Assembly: GCA_048884785.1 (NCBI GenBank)
Contig: JBHLQM010000013.1
Span: 1-52,379, forward strand
Direction of reading: 5' to 3'
Source: Candidatus Thorarchaeota archaeon
GTDB lineage: Archaea; Asgardarchaeota; Thorarchaeia; Thorarchaeales; Thorarchaeaceae
DNA length: 52,379 nucleotides
The notes beneath the pieces are model-generated. The model made no database searches. It worked only from the letters and a program-made list of their open reading frames with translations, and was not told the DNA's origin. Shown one piece after another: positions 10,248-20,357 of the stretch (position 1 is the first letter of the stretch; every line of letters starts with the position of its first letter). The position numbers and the translations under genes are program-made.

Positions 10248-10444
10248 CTATCCTGTACACATTCAGTGGTCACCATAAAAGCTTCTCTCTTCAAGTATTA
10301 GGAAAAATCGAATCGTTCGAATTAGAAAAATGCAGAATTCGTCCGGAAAAACGACCTAAACGAAACTTGCTCTTGTGACAACCATGATATTCCTACACTT
10401 GTGATATCTAAAAGACCCTCAATTCAGACTTAGGTGTAAAAAGA

Positions 10445-11338
10445 ATGTACCTATTGGAAATACCTTTGGAGATTGCAAGTACGCTGACTTTGGCAATACC
10501 AATCATAATTATTGCATTCACAGTAGTTGTAGTTCTACTACGCAATAGGCTTCAATCCCTCCGTGTAAAATCGCTTATTGAACAGCTAGTCACACCACCT
10601 TCATTTAACCTTCAGAATGTTCTTTCAATTCTGTCTCTTGCATTTCTTGGCATCCTGCTATTTGCTATAGGAAACATATTTGGTGTATTCTATACAGTAA
10701 TGGGCGATGCTGCTCAAGTAATTAACCAGGGCTCAACTGGAGATTCAAGAATCATCTTGGAAATTGTGTTTCTAGATCCGTATAATGCGGGTTGGTTAGG
10801 CACACTTCCCTGGTACGGAAGCTATCCGCTACCTCTCTCAGGGGAGATTGTCTATCATGACACATGGGAGTGGATATACTTCACAGGAATCATCAGTGAT
10901 AATCCGGGTTTCTTTAATTCAATCGCGAACAATATCATTCTGTTCACGTATGGCATGAGCCTTCTATTTCTCCTCCCTCTTATCATCCCGCACATACGAA
11001 GAAGTTTTCTCCCCTCCCTTTTCTTGTTCACATCTGGAATGTACGTGGCTTCAACTGCACTTCTACGTTGCTTTGCTCAAGTCATAAAACTAGGATACTT
11101 GGGCGAAACAATTCGATATGGATTCTATGAACTATCATATGCTGATGTCGACCCAACCGCAGTACCGGCCATAATCTACGCGATTGGTCCATATGTAGTG
11201 ATGCTCGCAGTAATCTTTACAATTTTGGGTTACAAGCTTTGGAGAGGCTTTTATCCAGAAGCCAGAAGATCTGCCGTCTGGTTTGCTGTCTATGTACTTG
11301 GAAGTTACTTTCTTACATTCCTAATTGCGCTGTGGTGA
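10445..11338 (+). CDS. Polytopic membrane protein, unknown function
   Basis: About 6 hydrophobic segments; first gene of the unit divergent from the Lrp regulator. Confidence 0.7.
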   Translation: MYLLEIPLEIASTLTLAIPIIIIAFTVVVVLLRNRLQSLRVKSLIEQLVTPPSFNLQNVLSILSLAFLGILLFAIGNIFGVFYTVMGDAAQVINQGSTGDSRIILEIVFLDPYNAGWLGTLPWYGSYPLPLSGEIVYHDTWEWIYFTGIISDNPGFFNSIANNIILFTYGMSLLFLLPLIIPHIRRSFLPSLFLFTSGMYVASTALLRCFAQVIKLGYLGETIRYGFYELSYADVDPTAVPAIIYAIGPYVVMLAVIFTILGYKLWRGFYPEARRSAVWFAVYVLGSYFLTFLIALW

Positions 11339-11342
11339 TATT

Positions 11343-12575
11343 ATGAGTTCAAGCCTTAAGATTCTAACAGCACTCATGATGCTGTGTCTACTATCCGCAT
11401 TGCTTCCAACAACGGAAGTCAGAAATATCGCTCTGGAACGAAATCACATTCCCGCCTCAGAGCGCGACTATTGGCCTACAAATGGGTGGCGCAATTCAAC
11501 ACCTGAAGAACAAGGGATGGATTCGGCTCGTCTGCAAGAAATGATCGATTATATTGAAGACAATCGTGTAGCAATTCATTCTGTAGTTGTAATCAAAAAC
11601 GGATACAAGGTTCTAGAAGAATACCCCACTGGCTTGTATGATGCAGGTTCTACCCATCTTTTATACTCTGTCACAAAGAGTTTCACATCAGCTCTAGTGG
11701 GTATCGCCATTGACAAAGGATACATTGACAATGTGAGTATCCCTATGCTCTCATATTTCCCTGAGTACAATATCACTAACGAAGATCCAAGGCGTGAGCG
11801 GATTACCATTGAACATCTCCTTCAAATGCGCTCAGGGTTGTTCTGGGACGAAAACTCTGCACCTTACACCTCTCCAGCGAATGGGGTCTATCACATCAAT
11901 ACAGGTGACGGCGTTGAATTCATGCTCAATGCAGATATGGTCGCAGAGCCCGGAACCCTATGGCATTATAATACAGGAGGCTCTCATCTCCTGTCAGCAA
12001 TCGTACAGGTTGCCACAGGAATGTCAACTCTTGAGTTTGCAGAAGAAAATCTCTTCGACCCTCTCAACATCTCTCCTGCATTTTGGTCTCGTGATTTGGC
12101 TGGCTGGTACAAAGGTGGTTATGACCTGCGAATGACAACATTAAGCATGGCAAAGTTTGGATTCCTTTTTCTTAACAATGGCACCTGGGATGGAGATCAG
12201 ATAATCTCCGAAGAATGGGTCCAAACGTCAACCTCTACAATAACACAGGTTGACAGCTATACAGGTTATGGCTACCAGTGGTGGACAACCCCGCAACTCG
12301 GCATATACAGTGCTCGTGGATTATATGGACAGTACATCTTTGTCATTCCAGAGCACGATATTGTAGTCGCCTTTTCTTCGAACATCCGTTCAGGCGCCTA
12401 TCCACATGAGGACTTGGTAGCCAGTTTCATCATACCTCAAGAAGGTTCTCAGAATAATCAAGACCTTGTCAGCAGCATCTTGACATTCGGTACTGCGATA
12501 GTACTAATTGTTCCGGTTGCGCTCGCCGGTGGATACTGGGTATTTATCTTAAGGAGAAGAACACCACAAACTTGA
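11343..12575 (+). CDS. Membrane-anchored serine hydrolase, beta-lactamase class C/NylB family
   Basis: YSVTKS (SxxK), HYN (YxN), ARGLYGQ; signal peptide and C-terminal TM plus RRR. Confidence 0.9.
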   Translation: MSSSLKILTALMMLCLLSALLPTTEVRNIALERNHIPASERDYWPTNGWRNSTPEEQGMDSARLQEMIDYIEDNRVAIHSVVVIKNGYKVLEEYPTGLYDAGSTHLLYSVTKSFTSALVGIAIDKGYIDNVSIPMLSYFPEYNITNEDPRRERITIEHLLQMRSGLFWDENSAPYTSPANGVYHINTGDGVEFMLNADMVAEPGTLWHYNTGGSHLLSAIVQVATGMSTLEFAEENLFDPLNISPAFWSRDLAGWYKGGYDLRMTTLSMAKFGFLFLNNGTWDGDQIISEEWVQTSTSTITQVDSYTGYGYQWWTTPQLGIYSARGLYGQYIFVIPEHDIVVAFSSNIRSGAYPHEDLVASFIIPQEGSQNNQDLVSSILTFGTAIVLIVPVALAGGYWVFILRRRTPQT

Positions 12576-13495
12576 TGGCCTTTCACATAGAGCACTCAAG
12601 GATTATGTCCGGCTTGAATAGGCCTGTTAGATATGCTGAACGAGATGAAGATGGAGAGTTCCTTCCTCCTTTCCCAATAGACCCTATTGCTCTCACACAG
12701 GAAACTCGAGCACAAGTTTGCAAGACTGTGAATGGTATCCCACTGAGAAAATATACTCGATTCTATGCAGTTGGTGTCTATGGCGGAATTGCCACCGCAT
12801 ACTCAGTAGGGTGTAACTATAGATGCTCATTTTGCTGGGTTGACTGGAGTAGGGATTGGCCAGAGTTGTATGGTGAGTTTTTCTCCCCTAAACAGGTCTA
12901 TAGCAATCTGAGAAACATCATGCGGCATCGAGGTCTCAGAAGAGCAAGGATTAGTGGTGCTGAGCCAACCTTATGTCCTGAACACATATGTGGGGTTCTG
13001 GACCTTGTACATCGCGATAGGCATGACTTCGATCTATTTGTCATTGAAACGAATGGAGTAGTTCTCTCTCAAGAAGAGGGACTGGCAAAACGGCTAGAAC
13101 AATATGCTTCGAGAGCTCGGGATGCAGATACTGTAGGCCATGTACGATTATCCATAAGGGGTGGTATTCCTGAGCCATTCGAAGAGAAGACAGGGTGTAG
13201 AACGGAATTCATGGAGCTTCCTTTCATTGCGGCCGAGCGCCTCTGGGATGCTGGGGTTTCTTTTCACGTAGCTGTTGTTGTAGATTCCAGATTCACTTCT
13301 GAAGAAGAGAAGCAAGCAATCTATAGAAGATTAGCAGACATTCATCCATCGATTCGAAAAGGGATTGAAGAGGAAACACTCGATCCGTATCCTCACGCTC
13401 TAGTTAGACTTCGAGCTGTCGGTCGAGAAGATGTTACTGGGACAGATATATCCAAGAAGGAAAGGTCTGTGCTGAATACAAAACCTGACAGATAA
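12575..13495 (+). CDS. Radical SAM protein (archaeal COG5014-like)
   Basis: YGGIATAYSVGCNYRCSFCW (CxxxCxxC), RISGAEPT, IETNG. Confidence 0.85.
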   Translation: MAFHIEHSRIMSGLNRPVRYAERDEDGEFLPPFPIDPIALTQETRAQVCKTVNGIPLRKYTRFYAVGVYGGIATAYSVGCNYRCSFCWVDWSRDWPELYGEFFSPKQVYSNLRNIMRHRGLRRARISGAEPTLCPEHICGVLDLVHRDRHDFDLFVIETNGVVLSQEEGLAKRLEQYASRARDADTVGHVRLSIRGGIPEPFEEKTGCRTEFMELPFIAAERLWDAGVSFHVAVVVDSRFTSEEEKQAIYRRLADIHPSIRKGIEEETLDPYPHALVRLRAVGREDVTGTDISKKERSVLNTKPDR

Positions 13496-13521
13496 ATGGA
13501 ATCCAAAGGAGTCACAATAAC

Positions 13522-14289
13522 GTGGAGCATCTTGAAACGATTTCCTCTCATGTTGCGGCAATAACATCTGGATGGAGCGGAGGAAATGCTGGTGCCGTCG
13601 CTCTGGAAAACTTCACAATTGCTATTGATACCACAAATAGCCCAGAGAGAGGAAAGACATTCAGAGCCGAACTGGACGCTCATTTTGGACTGCCTGTCAA
13701 ATATACTCTCTTGACTCATCATCACTCGGATCACGCATCTGGCTTGGATGGGTTCGGAGATACAAGCATCATCAGCTCCAAGCAGACTGCCAAGAAGATA
13801 CAGAACCTCACACGTGTCCATTTCTATCCAACAATCATTATCGATAGGATGCACCAAATTACTGATGGTGATTATGCTGTTGAGATCTATCACTCTGGAG
13901 GTCATACTTCAGATTCCAGCTACCTTTACTTTCCTCAGGAAAAAATCGTATTTGTTGGTGATTTGGTCTTCGAGGGGTACCTCTTCTTCGCAGGATATCA
14001 GAGTGACCCAAATAAGTGGATCGAGGCAATGGAACAGATCAAGAAACTGAACCCAAGAAAGATTATCCCTGGTCATGGTCCTGTTCTCGAAAAGGCTACT
14101 TCTCTTGACAAACATATCACTCTTCTCCGAGCGTTTCGTGATTCCATTCTTGATGCGGTAAGTGAGAAAAAGGACCCCAAGACAATGGATGTTCCGGAAT
14201 TTGTCTTCGAGGTTTCTAAGAGGTTACCGAAAGAGGAGCTAGTGAAATGGTTTCGGCGAACTGCAATAAGCTGGTTTCGGAAAGTGTGA
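13522..14289 (+). CDS. MBL-fold metallo-hydrolase (cyclase-like)
   Basis: THHHSDH, GGHT, FVGDL, IPGHG. Confidence 0.9.
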   Translation: MEHLETISSHVAAITSGWSGGNAGAVALENFTIAIDTTNSPERGKTFRAELDAHFGLPVKYTLLTHHHSDHASGLDGFGDTSIISSKQTAKKIQNLTRVHFYPTIIIDRMHQITDGDYAVEIYHSGGHTSDSSYLYFPQEKIVFVGDLVFEGYLFFAGYQSDPNKWIEAMEQIKKLNPRKIIPGHGPVLEKATSLDKHITLLRAFRDSILDAVSEKKDPKTMDVPEFVFEVSKRLPKEELVKWFRRTAISWFRKV

Positions 14290-14337
14290 CCATCTTCTTA
14301 AGTGACCATTCTTTATTCCCTTGAGGATTGATTATTG

Positions 14338-14955
14338 ATGGTAGAGATTACTATTTGGAGCGAAACTAAGAAGGGTGGCAAACTTCCAGAGAACTTCGAT
14401 ACAGGCACTTCAGCAATTAATTTGGGTGATAGACGAATTGGTAAGACAGATTTGGATCCGTTGAAACAGTTTACGAACCTTCAGGTTCTAATTCTCTCTG
14501 GCAACGAGATACAGCAGATTGACCTAGCTCCACTTAGAGAATGCCCTTCACTCGTGGAGCTTTCACTCGGTGGCAACGAAATTGAAATGATTGACCTATC
14601 ACCACTCGAAGCTTGCACAAACCTCCAGCATCTTGACCTCTCATTCAATAATCTCACAGAGATAGATTTGACTCCTCTCGAGAACTGTTCAGAATTGAGT
14701 GCACTTCATCTCTTTGATAACAGATTGGAAACCATTCGTATCGCATCTCTGAAAAATTGCAAGAAGCTCCGCAACTTGACTCTCACCAATAATGCCTTTG
14801 ACACTATTGACATATCATACCTCTTTCTCTTGCCTAATCTGGTACAATTAGGGCTTGACACGGATGTGAAACTGAGGGCGACATCGAAGGCTAAAGGGAG
14901 AGCAAATATCCCCTCACCGATTGTACCACTTCTAGATACGATTGAATGGATTTGA
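14338..14955 (+). CDS. Leucine-rich repeat protein
   Basis: Five to six 24-aa repeats LxxCxxLxxLxLxxNxIxxIDLxP. Confidence 0.9.
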   Translation: MVEITIWSETKKGGKLPENFDTGTSAINLGDRRIGKTDLDPLKQFTNLQVLILSGNEIQQIDLAPLRECPSLVELSLGGNEIEMIDLSPLEACTNLQHLDLSFNNLTEIDLTPLENCSELSALHLFDNRLETIRIASLKNCKKLRNLTLTNNAFDTIDISYLFLLPNLVQLGLDTDVKLRATSKAKGRANIPSPIVPLLDTIEWI

Positions 14956-15024
14956 TATCGGAATGGCTTCTTTCTTAGGTTTTATTAGCTCATCTAGAAT
15001 CTGAGGCTCTTAGAGGCGATTTGC

Positions 15025-15588
15025 TTGATTTTAGGGAAAGTTGATGGCAAGGTTCTCAGATTTGCCACACAAGAAGATTTGTCATACATAGACCAAATTA
15101 CGATAATATGCTATCGACCAATCCATGAAAGCTGGGTATCCTACCAAGGTGCTGATATTGCTGAAGGATTGTCTGCGCCCGGAGTATCCTGGGAGGAAAG
15201 GAAGACCAAACAGAATCACGATCTCTTTGCAGAACACCCTGATTGGCTATGGGTACTAGAGGAAAATAATACCCCAATTGGGTTTGTTTCATTCGTAATG
15301 CTGCCCGATAGGAAGCTGGGAATCATTGAAAATAATGGCGTTCTACCTAGTCACGCCGGAAAAGGACTAGGGAAATTCATGTATCGTCATGTACTCCAAT
15401 ACATGAGAAAGAATGGAATGAGATTTGCATTCCTTGAAACTGGTATGGATGATGCACATATTCCAGCTAGAAAAGCCTACGAAGCTGTGGGATTCGATAG
15501 AAAGTTTCCCAACATGTACTATTGGCAGAATCTGGAGGAGAATAAACCAGAGTCATTCCCTAATCATGAATCCGACAGTGAAGCGTAG
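15025..15588 (+). CDS. GNAT family N-acetyltransferase
   Basis: VLPSHAGKGLGK acetyl-CoA motif, ARKAYEAVGF. Confidence 0.9.
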   Translation: MILGKVDGKVLRFATQEDLSYIDQITIICYRPIHESWVSYQGADIAEGLSAPGVSWEERKTKQNHDLFAEHPDWLWVLEENNTPIGFVSFVMLPDRKLGIIENNGVLPSHAGKGLGKFMYRHVLQYMRKNGMRFAFLETGMDDAHIPARKAYEAVGFDRKFPNMYYWQNLEENKPESFPNHESDSEA

Positions 15589-15595
15589 AAAGGGC

Positions 15596-16723
15596 TCATG
15601 CATTTGAAATTTCATGAAGGATTGGAGGAGCGAATTTTCTCAATCGGCGCAATCCTACAATCTTGTCCTTCCTACCCAATTTTGCCTCATCGATAGCCTT
15701 CTCCATGAATTGGATCGCCTCATCATATGTTTTACGAGGAACTGGAAATGGCACTCCATCCTTTCCTCCAAAGGCGAATGTCATTCTCACGGGGTCTGAC
15801 CAAGAGGGAGCATCGCCATAGATCATCTCAGATATGAGCGAAAGGCCTCTCACTGCAGCAGGTCCTATTCCATCCATAAACAGCAGGCTTTCATAATCTG
15901 AAGGTTGGGTTTCATATGCCCGTCTTACGGCTTTCCAATCCATGCGTGTCGGAAGTACCTTGTAGCTCGGCATGACTTCTGGTTGTCCGTTTCCTTCGAG
16001 CCATGGCATGAGGGTGGTTTCGCCGTATGACTTGACATCTTCAAAGAGCCTTCGAACCTTCAACGGGTCTTCTTTCACGATATCCACTGACGTCTTTCTG
16101 CAGTCCGCTGACTCACTGGATGTCATATCTAGAGCTGAGTCCCTGATCTCTCCAGAAATCATTCCAGAATGTGGTTCATTGATGAAGCTATCAATATCTT
16201 CTGATAGCCAATGGTATCTTCTGGCGTCATTGGTCTTATGGTCCATGCCCTGTTGAACAACGGCCCAGTTCTCTTCAGAATCCACAAAGAAGACATGTTG
16301 ATACAAGCTGTATCCATCCTGAATTGCAGCATTGTCAACCTTAGCAACATTTCTGCTAAGATCTGCCAAAGCAGACCCGTCCAATCCAAAATCCTCTAAC
16401 GCCCGCAATTGTTCAGGAGTCTTCATGGATGCCAGACCTTTTCCTCCTGCTGCAACCGTATCATGTTTTTCAAAGCTAAGCACCGACCTCAATACACCGC
16501 AGGTCACAGTGGTACTTCCGCTTGAATCCCAATCATACCCTAGAACATTTGACAGTGCTTGGAACCAGACTGGATCGGCGAGACGCTTCAGTAATTCTTG
16601 TGACCCGTACTCATCAACGATGCATTCACACAGAGCACTTGCCATTGGCATCATCCGTTTCACTAGCCAGTGGGGTGCTTTACCAGGGTGGAGCTTTAGG
16701 TCAGCGACGCCTCCTCTCTTCAT
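15596..16723 (-). CDS. DUF763 domain protein
   Basis: ADLKLHPGKAPHWL, LADPVWFQ, GYDWDSSGSTT, AKVDNAAIQDGY, FAFGGKDGVPFPV. Confidence 0.92.
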   Translation of the reverse strand: MKRGGVADLKLHPGKAPHWLVKRMMPMASALCECIVDEYGSQELLKRLADPVWFQALSNVLGYDWDSSGSTTVTCGVLRSVLSFEKHDTVAAGGKGLASMKTPEQLRALEDFGLDGSALADLSRNVAKVDNAAIQDGYSLYQHVFFVDSEENWAVVQQGMDHKTNDARRYHWLSEDIDSFINEPHSGMISGEIRDSALDMTSSESADCRKTSVDIVKEDPLKVRRLFEDVKSYGETTLMPWLEGNGQPEVMPSYKVLPTRMDWKAVRRAYETQPSDYESLLFMDGIGPAAVRGLSLISEMIYGDAPSWSDPVRMTFAFGGKDGVPFPVPRKTYDEAIQFMEKAIDEAKLGRKDKIVGLRRLRKFAPPILHEISNA

Positions 16724-16788
16724 ATCTTATATCCCACAAAGAAGTTCATTGCTTTCTATAATAAGCATAACAGCTAGCCGAAACTAAT

Positions 16789-17139
16789 CTAGTTCAATGA
16801 AGCGCGAATTGATTCGAGGGTACTTCGAGCATACTCTCCTAGAATATCCAGATTTTTCTTGAGTTTCTCACAGGCATAATCAGAGCAATGAGCACAGGTC
16901 TTTACTCCTCTCTGGCTTGCGCACTGTCGTACATCACACTTTGCACAGTACTTGAAGTGAGTACCACCTGCAGTCCTGCAGCCATCACAGTTCACCTCTT
17001 CTGGCAAAACTGCAAATTCGGGAGTGCTCCATTCAACTGCAGTGACCTTCCTTAGCTCGTAGTCATTGTTGGCTTTAGCCAATAAGGCTCCACACTTTGA
17101 GCAATCAAGACCGCAATAGGCGATTTTGTCTTCCTTCAT
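16789..17139 (-). CDS. DUF3795 Cys-rich protein
   Basis: AYCGLDCSKC...CDGC...CDVRQCA...CAHCSDYACEKL. Confidence 0.88.
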   Translation of the reverse strand: MKEDKIAYCGLDCSKCGALLAKANNDYELRKVTAVEWSTPEFAVLPEEVNCDGCRTAGGTHFKYCAKCDVRQCASQRGVKTCAHCSDYACEKLKKNLDILGEYARSTLESIRASLN

Positions 17140-17196
17140 GACATCTAATTATGAACAACGCCATCATAAAAATGGTTCTCGGAATCTGTGAGCTAG

Positions 17197-17880
17197 TCAT
17201 ACCTTCTTACTTGCCTCTTTTAAGACAAGAGGTGTCATCTTCTCACGATTCTTCTGGATGAAATCTTTGGCCAATTTTGGCTCACGTTTGGACAACTCTC
17301 TCAAAACCCACCCTGCTGCTTTCCCAACGAAAAATTCTGCATCATCAATGTGAGGTTCGATTGCCTTGAATATTCTCTCTGCAAAATCCTTCCGATAGTT
17401 CCTTTTCAGCGATAAATACAGGTATGGTAGAATGCTTGCCCGTCTTCTCCAAAAGTTGTCTGATTTTCCCCACCTTGCATACAAAGCCTCTAACTCAGGG
17501 CGACGCAACAAGAGCTCACCCTGACAGTTTGAACCAATAGGATCCATTAGGGCCCAAGTGTCCATGTCGTTTATCCAACCATCTATTATTCCAATGGAAG
17601 TATCTATGTCTCCTGCTACAACGTACTTTTTCAAAACATCAATCGCACCGCGTCTAGATTCAAAGATAGGCTCCATCCATAGTTCTCTCATCAGAGTCAG
17701 TAATTCTTCTGACGTATGCCCTCTGATATGCCTCGTTACTATCTTTCCAATTTCCGGAATCTTGACTCCAAGAAACTCAAGCTTGGAGGTCTTCAAGTAC
17801 CCTGCAATAATCTTGGCTTGTTCTGAATCTCCCACTGCCCGAAGGTCGCTCAGAATCGTATCCTTCAGTGCTGATGTCAT
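17197..17880 (-). CDS. DNA alkylation repair protein (AlkD-like HEAT-repeat glycosylase)
   Basis: FLGVKIP, FESR, DTWALMD, NFWRRRA, EFFVGKAAGWVLRELSK. Confidence 0.88.
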   Translation of the reverse strand: MTSALKDTILSDLRAVGDSEQAKIIAGYLKTSKLEFLGVKIPEIGKIVTRHIRGHTSEELLTLMRELWMEPIFESRRGAIDVLKKYVVAGDIDTSIGIIDGWINDMDTWALMDPIGSNCQGELLLRRPELEALYARWGKSDNFWRRRASILPYLYLSLKRNYRKDFAERIFKAIEPHIDDAEFFVGKAAGWVLRELSKREPKLAKDFIQKNREKMTPLVLKEASKKV

Positions 17881-18011
17881 GTAGAATAGAACTCATTCTT
17901 TCGTTATATTTGTTGATTTCTGGGCTAGCAATGCTTTTATTCAAATTCACAATTATGTACATGAAATTTTGCCGAATGCTAACCAAATCTACTGTCAGAG
18001 AAGTGGTAAGT

Positions 18012-18548
18012 ATGACTGAGATTGCCGAGTGGAAAGATGCAATTAGTTACACTGATTTCCTGAAGAAAGCACGAGAGAATGTTGAGCTTATGAAGGCTCG
18101 TTTCTCTGATTTTATTCTTAGTGAGGAAGATGAAGACATGTTGAGAAGAATCCAGAATCCTATCAACATACTAGTAATTGGCAATGATCGATGCAATGAC
18201 ACTGCAGGGAATCTACCTGTTCTTGCGAAGATGGAATCCATGTCAAAGAATATTAAGTTGAGGATTCTTGATAGCGACAAGTACGCACGCTTCCATGAGC
18301 AATTTCGAGTAAATGGAAAGAGAAAGACACCAGTCGTCCTCTTTCTCAGTTCAGAATTGAATGAGCTCTGCAGATGGGTGGAACGCCCCAATGCGGTGTA
18401 TCAGTTCGTCAATGAGACGAATCTGAGTATGGACGATCGACGTGGAACCCTGCGTAAATTATATAGCGATCCCGAGATTCTTCGCCAAAGCTTCACAGAG
18501 CTCTCAGACCTTCTGATGAGAGCAGATTTATTGCTTGGACGAAAATAA
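18012..18548 (+). CDS. Thioredoxin-fold protein (Thioredoxin_9-like, single active-site Cys)
   Basis: ILVIGNDRCNDTAGNLPVL, NGKRKTPVVLF, ELCRWVERP. Start moved to ATG 18012. Confidence 0.8.
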   Translation: MTEIAEWKDAISYTDFLKKARENVELMKARFSDFILSEEDEDMLRRIQNPINILVIGNDRCNDTAGNLPVLAKMESMSKNIKLRILDSDKYARFHEQFRVNGKRKTPVVLFLSSELNELCRWVERPNAVYQFVNETNLSMDDRRGTLRKLYSDPEILRQSFTELSDLLMRADLLLGRK

Positions 18549-18549
18549 G

Positions 18550-19212
18550 ATGGATGACTTGTCGAAGAATGACTGGCACGACCCAGAGAAAGCTATGCAT
18601 TTTGCCAAGAATTACGACCAAAGATATGGGGATGTCTTCTGGCAAACATTCGATGAGCTTATTGGTTCAGTGAGCGATGTGGTCATTGCAGACTTTGGTT
18701 GTGGCCCGGGTCTTTGGCTACGAGATGCTGGTATCAGGTTACATGCACGCAAACTGATAGGTATCGATGCAAGCCCTGCAATGCTAGAATATGCTGAAGG
18801 CGCGCTCAATTCATCTGAAGCTCCTTCATTTCAGCTGCACCTTGCAGATTTTGACATAGAGGGGATACCATTGAGCGATTCGACTGTGGATTTGGGGTTT
18901 TCAGGCTATTTTCTACATGAGCTGAAGAACCCTCGGGCATTCATCATACAACTTTTCGAGAGGCTTAATGCTGACGGATTGTGTGTAGTTCTTGATTTTG
19001 TATCTGGGCATCCAGATGAGTTTGCTAGACAGCTTCAGCAGGCTGGCATGAATGAAGATGAAGCCAGAAGACGTTATCCTCATATGTGCAAGCACTCTGT
19101 AGAAGATATCGAGAGAATCCTTGGGTCTGCAGGATTCGAAGAGGTTCGATCAAAGAAGATACAGCAGACTCGCGCACTAATAGTGGGTGAAAAAAAGCTA
19201 AAGCACGAATAG
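18550..19212 (+). CDS. Class I SAM-dependent methyltransferase
   Basis: IADFGCGPG, GIDAS, FLHEL. Confidence 0.88.
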   Translation: MDDLSKNDWHDPEKAMHFAKNYDQRYGDVFWQTFDELIGSVSDVVIADFGCGPGLWLRDAGIRLHARKLIGIDASPAMLEYAEGALNSSEAPSFQLHLADFDIEGIPLSDSTVDLGFSGYFLHELKNPRAFIIQLFERLNADGLCVVLDFVSGHPDEFARQLQQAGMNEDEARRRYPHMCKHSVEDIERILGSAGFEEVRSKKIQQTRALIVGEKKLKHE

Positions 19213-19225
19213 TAAGGTGACTAGT

Positions 19226-20347
19226 ATGTCAACCAGGGTTCAACTACTTAAGTATCCCTTCTCTGCAGACGCAAGACAGGCAGCACAGCGAATTGCTAGG
19301 GATATCGGAGACCTAATTCGGGTCGTTGAGGAACCCAGTGCCCACTATGTTATCCATGAGGCTCAAAATAGAATCCTTTTAGCATTGGAGCAAAAGGAAA
19401 TTGCTCCTCCCAGTAACACTGATGATCGATCTCTTCTCATTTACTCAACTGCTCGGCTGATTGTGGAGAAAATTGGTGATAACAGACTGAAGCAGTACCA
19501 AGCAGAGGCTGAATCAAAAGCCGTCAACAAGAACTTGGGGACGGAGAAAGACGATTTCGTCTATGAACTCTGTAACAGATCATTTGGCTGGTCAGTTGAG
19601 CCAATTGGGAAAGGCGGGTACAAATCCGATTTGCCAATGTACCTTCAGAGTTTCGACGCATGGATACCATTTGTCCCGTTTCTTGAAGTTGCCCCCAGAT
19701 TTCATTCTGATGAATGGAAGCTTGTAAATCGCTACGTTGAGGATGGTCTTGTTCCAATCAGAAACTCAGAGCTGCGAAGACTAATGTCCGAGAAGTTCAA
19801 GACACTGATACTCAATAGCACTATGAATGTGCCCACACTTCCAGGCAATCTGACCCTTGCTGTTGAGAGGATCGAATCAGAACTCCGCAGCAAGGTGAAG
19901 AGGACAGAACCGCTCAAGATCACTGAAACAACCGTTAATGCATTTCCGCCCTGCATCTCATCTATGCACACAGACGCTCTCCAAGGGAAGAATCTTTCAC
20001 ATGAAGCAAGATTCACCCTTGCGGCATTCCTCCTGAAAATTGGGATGTCTCAGACTGAGGTGCTTGGTGCTTTCAAAGCAGCACCAGATTTCATTCGAGG
20101 GCTTGCAGAATATCAGGTGCAACACATTGCTTCAAAGTCCGGCGGTGAGGGGTACACACCGCCTTCATGTAGAAAACTTAGAGGCAACAGTCTATGCCCA
20201 GTCTATATGGGCAATGTTTTCGATCCTCTATGTGAATACATCCTTCATCCGTTGGCATTCTACGAAACTCGTGCATGGGAGATATCAAAGAATCTTCAAG
20301 ATCACTCTTGGTACGCAAAGAAGCGGCGGAAAGTGCAAAACTTCTAG
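19226..20347 (+). CDS. priL: DNA primase large subunit
   Basis: KYPF N-terminus, WKLVNR, FPPCI, NLSHEARF, YQVQHI, YTPPSC and Fe-S cysteines. Confidence 0.92.
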   Translation: MSTRVQLLKYPFSADARQAAQRIARDIGDLIRVVEEPSAHYVIHEAQNRILLALEQKEIAPPSNTDDRSLLIYSTARLIVEKIGDNRLKQYQAEAESKAVNKNLGTEKDDFVYELCNRSFGWSVEPIGKGGYKSDLPMYLQSFDAWIPFVPFLEVAPRFHSDEWKLVNRYVEDGLVPIRNSELRRLMSEKFKTLILNSTMNVPTLPGNLTLAVERIESELRSKVKRTEPLKITETTVNAFPPCISSMHTDALQGKNLSHEARFTLAAFLLKIGMSQTEVLGAFKAAPDFIRGLAEYQVQHIASKSGGEGYTPPSCRKLRGNSLCPVYMGNVFDPLCEYILHPLAFYETRAWEISKNLQDHSWYAKKRRKVQNF

Positions 20348-20357
20348 CGTAACTTGG

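Noticed and set aside
13393-13905. 170-aa antisense ORF and similar shadow ORFs (e.g. 16332-16787, 24483-24941, 27595-28026, 47051-47479)
   Set aside because: They lie opposite or across well-supported genes and show no recognisable motifs.
11343-14289. Antibiotic-resistance island (beta-lactamase-family and MBL genes)
   Set aside because: These are broad hydrolase superfamilies common in archaea; no mobility genes and no specific similarity to true beta-lactamases is evident.
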